A DNA stretch of 64,000 bases, taken from assembly GCA_026004035.1 (NCBI GenBank), contig BPII01000003.1:35255-99254 (forward strand), read 5' to 3'. A program made the position numbers and the translations under genes. The DNA is from Candidatus Sericytochromatia bacterium. Lineage in GTDB: Bacteria > Cyanobacteriota > Sericytochromatia > UBA7694 > JACMQJ01. The notes beneath the pieces were generated by a model that saw only the letters and a list, made by a program, of their open reading frames with translations, was not told the origin of the DNA and did no database searches. Below, piece by piece: positions 58,295 to 64,000 of this stretch. Every line of letters begins with the position of its first letter. Position 1 is the stretch's first letter.

Positions 58295-60670
58295 ATGGAA
58301 ATACCAAAAAGCTTAGAAAACACTTGGAACTCTGTTATAAGTGATAATAAAATAACAAAAAGTGAATATAAATCATTAGTTGATGCAGCAATGCCAAGTG
58401 GTAGTCCTAATGAATTAGAACAAGATGAAGAACAATTCTTACTTACTCTTAAATCTGATTTAGAGAAAAATGGTATAGCAAGAGGTGATGTTCCTGTAAG
58501 TGCTTTAAGTTTTTCTTTTAGTAATCAAAATACAGAAAACATAAATGCTCAACAAAACAATAATCAGCAACAAAATGTAGAAGCTAGTAATAATAGTTCA
58601 TTTTTACCATCTCCAAATTTTCCTGAAGTAAAGATATTATTAAACTGGCCTGGATATAATAAGGAAGTTAATACAGCTTTTACAAAAGCTTTTAATGAAC
58701 CAAAACCTGTCGGTAATAAAGTTCCTGTATTATCATCTAGTAAAGCTAATAATATAGTGGAAGCTTTAGGATTTGGAACTGTTAAACAATTACAACAACA
58801 AGTTGGTGCAAAACAAGATAATAAGTTTGGTCCAGAAACATTTTTTAGAACAAAAGCTTATGTAGCAACACAAATTAATAATTCTTACGAAGTTGAAAAA
58901 TTAAATCAATTAAAATCAATATTGAATGTTTTAGGTAATGATGATGATGTTGGTAAAATGAAAGTTGTAGTAGATCAAAGAATACAAGTTGCAAGTGAAT
59001 ATCAAGCAAATAAACAAAAGATAGAAACTTATTTTAACAATGTAAATCAAATATTAGGTTCTACTGATCCTAAAAATATGGAAGCTTTACTCAATGCAAA
59101 AAATAAATTACAAAAAGAATTCGATGATTTACCATCTAAAATAAAAGCTATACCTGAAGTTGCTGATGTTCATAAAAAAGCTATGCAAACTGTTGAAAAT
59201 GCTATAAAAGCTTTGGAAAATGAAGGTATTGGAAAGCAAAAAGCAGAGTTATCAGGAAAAATAAACAATATAGTAAATGAATCTGTAACAGAAGGTTTAA
59301 AAACAGGTGATACATCTAAAGTTACAGCAGGTAAAGATAAAATAAATAAAGAACTTGATAACTATCCTAAAGTTAAAGATTCAGATGAGATAAAAAATGT
59401 TGTTAAACAAGCAAATGAAGTATTAGATAATGCAGTTAAAAAAATAAATGATATTAACAATTTAATAGCAAAAAAAGATTGGACATCAGAAGATAAAGCA
59501 TTGGCTGATAAATATATGTCTGAATTACCAGCAGGAACTTTAAAAGATAAATTAGCTAAGGCTATTGAAGCTCAAAGTGATGCAGCAAAGTTAAAAGAAA
59601 AGAATAGAGCAAATCTTCCTACAGTAAGAGAAGGACTAAAAGATGTTATTGGAAATGGTTTCTTTAATTTAGAAAATTCAGATGGTACAAAAGGAATGCT
59701 TCAATTAATTGCTAAACAAGGATTACTTGATGAAGCTATAACCAAAATGAATGTTGATGATCAAACAAGAGCAATAAAAATATTAACTAAAGATATTAAA
59801 TTTGATAAAATGAGTAATTCTGATAAATTTAATTTAGCAATAGCAAGAAAAATATATGAAAATTTAAGCAAAAGTGCTAATGTAGATGATGATATAAAGA
59901 AAAAAGTTTTACCACATCTTAAAAAAGAAGTAGCACCAAATGATTTTTCTTCATTTGAAATAGATGATAAAACTTATATCAATGGTATGAAATTTGCTAT
60001 TGGTTCTGATAGAATTGGTAGTGAGCAAGAAGCAGCATTAACTATGGCAAGAGCAATAATGAATGGTGAAGTTTCTAATAAATTACTTGGTCAATTAAAT
60101 AGATATGAACTTAATGATTTAACTAAATTTATTGAAAAGAAAGCAGGAAAAGAAGAAAAAGATTTCTTTTTAAAAAATACGGTAGCTAGTGCTTATAATA
60201 ATGGTGTTGCTGTTAATATAGAATCATTAGATAGAGCTGAAAAAGCTAAAGTAATTAAAGGTGTTTTAGATATTGATAATGTAAATGAATCTAAAGTTAG
60301 TGACTTACTAAAAAAGGCTGGAAAGAAAACAATATTTGAAACAGTAAATAATGAAAATCTTTCAGATAAACAATTAGCAATAATAGGTAAGCATGTTAAT
60401 GGTGATGATATGGCTGACGAACCAAAAGTTGGTGCTAAAATTTTAGGTGGTATGATAAGAACATACAATAAAGATCAAGAAAACTCTCCTGTAAAAATAG
60501 AAAATATAAGAAAATATATAGATCAAGTAGATAATGATTGGTGGGAAGATGATGATACTATGAAGTTAGTTATAAATGAATTAGGAGATGGACCAGGAAG
60601 TGAATATGAAAAGTTTCAGAAATTAGCACCTGCTACATTAGACAGAATAAGACAAATTGCTGATTATTAA
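58295..60670 (+). CDS. hypothetical protein: 1 EF-hand/dockerin-like module, a peptidoglycan-binding-like domain, and a long helical C-terminal region; no signal peptide
   Basis: An AAGGAG Shine-Dalgarno is present. MEIPKSLENTWNSVISDNKITKSEYKSLVDAA...EQDEEQFLLTLKSDLEKNG parallels the modules of the preceding protein. LLNWPGYNKEV...VKQLQQQVGAKQDNKFGPETFFRTKAYVA parallels its PG-binding-like segment. Confidence 0.6.
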   Translation: MEIPKSLENTWNSVISDNKITKSEYKSLVDAAMPSGSPNELEQDEEQFLLTLKSDLEKNGIARGDVPVSALSFSFSNQNTENINAQQNNNQQQNVEASNNSSFLPSPNFPEVKILLNWPGYNKEVNTAFTKAFNEPKPVGNKVPVLSSSKANNIVEALGFGTVKQLQQQVGAKQDNKFGPETFFRTKAYVATQINNSYEVEKLNQLKSILNVLGNDDDVGKMKVVVDQRIQVASEYQANKQKIETYFNNVNQILGSTDPKNMEALLNAKNKLQKEFDDLPSKIKAIPEVADVHKKAMQTVENAIKALENEGIGKQKAELSGKINNIVNESVTEGLKTGDTSKVTAGKDKINKELDNYPKVKDSDEIKNVVKQANEVLDNAVKKINDINNLIAKKDWTSEDKALADKYMSELPAGTLKDKLAKAIEAQSDAAKLKEKNRANLPTVREGLKDVIGNGFFNLENSDGTKGMLQLIAKQGLLDEAITKMNVDDQTRAIKILTKDIKFDKMSNSDKFNLAIARKIYENLSKSANVDDDIKKKVLPHLKKEVAPNDFSSFEIDDKTYINGMKFAIGSDRIGSEQEAALTMARAIMNGEVSNKLLGQLNRYELNDLTKFIEKKAGKEEKDFFLKNTVASAYNNGVAVNIESLDRAEKAKVIKGVLDIDNVNESKVSDLLKKAGKKTIFETVNNENLSDKQLAIIGKHVNGDDMADEPKVGAKILGGMIRTYNKDQENSPVKIENIRKYIDQVDNDWWEDDDTMKLVINELGDGPGSEYEKFQKLAPATLDRIRQIADY

Positions 60671-60674
60671 ATTA

Positions 60675-62365
60675 TTAATCTCTGAACTTAACAGATTTTA
60701 TAATTCTAAGTCCTAGAATACCAGCAAATATATAGCCACCTATTCCTAGAACCATTGTTATAGGAACACCATAAATAGTAATTGTTTCTTTTGTGGATAT
60801 TATAAATATTGCTGAACTTATAATTAAAGATGAAATCACTAATCCAGATGTAAGTTTTTGTATTATTTCTTCCCAAATTTTTAAGTATTTTTCTTGTCCA
60901 ACATCTTCATGTTTTAATTTTATATCTCCATTTTCAAAATCATTTAGTAAGGATATCATTTGTCCTGGAACTTCTCTTGACCATTGATAAAATTGTAAGC
61001 TACTTTTCAGAAAATCTTGTCCTAGTCTTTGAGCTGACCATCTTTTTTTAATTAATTTTAATACAAATGGTTGTGCTTCTTTTTCCAAATCTAAATCAGG
61101 ATCAAGAGTACGTCCTATACCTTCTATTGTAAGAATAGCTTTACCCATTAGTGTATAATCATTGGGTATTTTTATTTTATTTTTTTTTGCACCTTGGATT
61201 AATTCATTAAGTATTTCACTAAATTGAATTTCTTTTAAAGGTAATCCTTCTATTTTTTGTAAAACTTCAGAAGTTTCTTTTTTAAATTGTTCAAAATCTA
61301 CTTTTTGAGTTTTTTTACCTAAATTATATAACGACCTTGCAACTCCTTCATGATCTCTTGTATTCAGAGCTATTACAAGTTCGGCCATTTTATCTCTCAT
61401 TGCTTCATCTAAAAAGCCAACCATTCCTAAATCTATAAAAGCTATAGTATTACCGGGTAAGGCAAATATATTTCCTGGGTGAGGATCAGCATGAAAAAAT
61501 CCATTATCAAACACCATATATAAAATTGCATTTAGAGCTATCTTTGCTAAAAGTTTTTTATCACAACCGATTTCTTCAGCTCTTGTTATTTTAATACCTT
61601 TAATTCTCTCCATAGTAAAGACTTTTTTACCTGAGAGTTCTTTATATACTTTAGGAATCTTTATTTGGTCATGATATTTAAAAGCTTCAGCAAATCTTAA
61701 AGCATTTCTTAATTCATGTGAATAGTCTAATTCTCTTTTTACTGCTTTTTCAAATTCTCTTATAATTCCTGTTGGATCAAATAATTTTAAATCAGGTATT
61801 TGATTTTCAGCAAGTCTAGCTAATGTATACATTAAATCAATATCTTTTTGTATTATTTGAGCTACATTAGGTCTTTGAACTTTAACAACAACTTCTTCAC
61901 CTGTTTTCAAAGTAGCATTATAAACTTGTCCTATTGATGCTGTAGCAATTTGTTTCTCATCATAAGTAGCAAATAATTCTTCTATAGGCTTACATAATTC
62001 TGTTTCTATTTGATTTCTTGCTTCCTCAAAACTAAAAGGTTGGTACATTATCTTGTAAATGTTTAAATTCTTCAATAAACTCTTCAGGTATTAAATCTGG
62101 TCTAGTGCTCATTATTTGACCAAGTTTTTATAAAAGTTGGTCCTAATTCTTGTAAAAACAAGTAATGCTCTTTTTGCTAAAGTAATATTTTCTAATTCTT
62201 CTTCTACTGATTCCTTTCTTAATTTACTTATTAAATTTCCTAATGCTGTATCTGAATGTGTTATTTGTTCTACAATTTGACCCAAAGCCATGCTTTATTA
62301 ATACACCTAATATTTGGCTAAAATCTGTTTATATCATTTATAGCACTAATAGGATTGAAAGCCAT
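60675..62365 (-). pseudogene. ubiB: UbiB/ABC1-family atypical kinase, at least 4 frameshifts in the N-terminal third
   Basis: ORF 60675..62075 contains ASIGQVY, VVKVQRP, HADPHPGN and IDLGMVG plus C-terminal TM segments. Upstream pieces in other frames read MAFNPISAINDINRF, SQILGVLIKHGFG, ...[38 protein letters not shown]. The ATG at 62365..62363 overlaps the stop of the aminotransferase gene. Confidence 0.8.
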
Positions 62366-63546
62366 TATTTAAATGCCTTATTAAATCTCTCTATTGCTTT
62401 TTGTAAATTTTCCATAGAATCAGCATAAGATAATCTTAAATGATTTGAAGCTCCAAAAGCTTCTCCTGGAACAGTTGCTAAATAATATTTTTCTAAAAGA
62501 AACTTAGCTATTTCTTCGGAAGAATTACCATAACCTTTATTTAAAAGTTCTTCAACTGAAACTAACATATAAAAAGCACCTTGAGGATTATTAACTTTTA
62601 AACCTTTTAATATTATTTAATTCTTTATACATAAAATCTCGTCTTTTTTTAAACTCATCTCTCATTTCAATTACTACACTTTGATTACCTTCAATAGCTG
62701 CTAAAGAAGCTTTTTGAGAAATAGAGCAAGGATTAGAGGTAGTTTGAGATTGTATTTTAGAACAAGCATCTATTATCCATTTTGGACCTGCTGCATAACC
62801 TATACGCCAACCTGTCATAGAATATGCTTTTGAAACACCATTTATAGTAATTACTCTATTATAAAAATCTTTAACTGATGCTATACTAAAGTGTTTTATA
62901 TTATCATAAATTAAATATTCGTATATCTCGTCAGATAATATAAATATATTTTCATTATCCTTTACAATTTCAAACAAGTTTCTTATTTCTTCTTCTGAAT
63001 AAACTGTTCCTGTTGGATTTGAAGGAGAGCAAAATATTATGAGTTTAGTTTTTATTAGTAATAGCTTTTTCTAATTGTTTAGGTGATATTTTAAAATCAT
63101 TATCTATACTTGAATTTATAATTACAGGCTTACCATCAGCTAACTTTACCATTTCAGGATAGCTTACCCAATAAGGAGCAGGTATTATTACTTCATCACC
63201 TTTATTTATCAAAGATAATAAAACATTTGCAATAGCTTGCTTACCACCATTACTAACAATTACTTGTTCAGGGCTATATTCTATATTATTATCTTTTTTT
63301 TAATTTATTACAAATAGCTTTTCTTAATTCCAAAATACCATTATTAGCAGTATATTTCGTAAAACCTTCATTTATTGCTTTTATTGCTGCTTGACATATA
63401 AAATCAGGAGTAGGAAAATCAGGTTCACCACCAGATAAGTTTACTACATCATAGCCATCTTGAGCCATTTGCTTAGCTTTTCCAATTATAGCTAAAGTTT
63501 TCGACTCTTCTATATTTAAAGCTCTATCTGAAAGAATATTAAGCAT
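62365..63546 (-). pseudogene. class I pyridoxal-phosphate aminotransferase (aspartate aminotransferase-like), at least 3 frameshifts
   Basis: The N-terminal piece reads GEPDFPTPDFI...YTANNGILELR. The middle pieces read ...GDEVIIPAPYWVSYPEMV... (read by hand in 62980..63290) and SDEIYEYLIYD...INGVSKAYSMTGWRIGYAAGP. The C-terminal piece reads VPGEAFGASNHLRLSYA. Confidence 0.8.
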
Positions 63547-64000
63547 AATATACTACCTTTTCAAAAACATAATTTAATACTTCTAGTAATTTTAAAATAT
63601 CTTCTTTACTTATAAAAGGAAATAATCCAATTCTTATTTGATTTCTATTTAGTTTTCTATAAGAATTTATATCATAAATACCATTTTTTCTTAAAAATTT
63701 AACTAAATCATCTACATTAATTTTTTTATCTATATCAATAGTAGCTGTGCTTATTGATCTATATTCTTCTTTATTCACATAAGGCGAAGTATATTCAGAT
63801 ATTTTTAGCAAAATTATATATAATCTCTGATTTTTCTTTACTTTCTTTTTCTATTACATCTATACCTCCTTTATTTATAAATTCATCTAAAGCACATTCC
63901 AAAAAGAAAAGTGTTGTTATAGAAGGTGTATTTATTGTTTGATGTTTTAAACTATTATTAATTATTTCATTAATATCTAGCATCATTGGAATATATCTTT
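63539..64000 (-). pseudogene. class V aminotransferase (phosphoserine/serine-pyruvate aminotransferase-like), 5' part outside the window, at least 1 frameshift
   Basis: ORF 63795..63986 (...HQTINTPSITTLFFLECALDEF...) and ORF 63539..63811 (...RKNGIYDINSYRKLNRNQIRIGLFPFISKEDI...) overlap in different frames. The family assignment is tentative. Confidence 0.45.

Noticed and set aside
1-64000. CRISPR arrays, tRNA/rRNA genes, integrases, transposases, and known anti-phage systems.
   Set aside because: I saw no regularly spaced direct repeats with unique spacers. No GC-rich structured islands typical of tRNA or rRNA stand out against the AT-rich background. No ORF carries recombinase, transposase or recognisable defence-system motifs.

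Overview
This is a very AT-rich bacterial chromosome segment. My 60-nt spot counts range from 13% to 42% G+C, and most of the window looks near a quarter G+C. It uses the standard genetic code and is tightly packed, with many 1-4 nt stop/start overlaps of the TAATG or ATGA type. I found about 60 protein genes and no rRNA, tRNA or CRISPR array.

The gene content points to a diderm, flagellated organism:
- Envelope: TolC-like, secretin, BamB-like PQQ propeller.
- Flagellum: FlgG, FliH-like.
- Housekeeping: metG, rtcB, tldD/pmbA, punA, tsaC, a czcCBA-type RND efflux operon, the conserved rpmH-rnpA-yidD-yidC-jag-mnmE block, yvcK, fumC, polA, ubiB, and aminotransferases.

Four things stand out:
1. 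At least 15 loci are split by frameshifts. The distribution is very uneven: about 11 in czcA, none in polA.
2. Two families of intergenic repeats (A about 120-150 bp, B about 120 bp) occur alone or as an A+B composite. B carries a perfect 19-bp palindrome. Inverted B copies bracket fumC.
3. A three-gene plus-strand cluster at 55.2-60.7 kb sits directly downstream of an A+B composite. It encodes a lipoprotein and two large paralogous proteins. The paralogs have no signal peptide, reiterated EF-hand/dockerin-like modules, and a peptidoglycan-binding-like domain. This is my best candidate for an undescribed system.
4. An orphan Tad-type secretin and an oversized FliH/SctL-like protein coupled to a FliB-family Cys-cluster protein both lie outside any recognisable secretion or flagellar operon.

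All functional calls come from reading motifs in the translations by eye. No database search was run.
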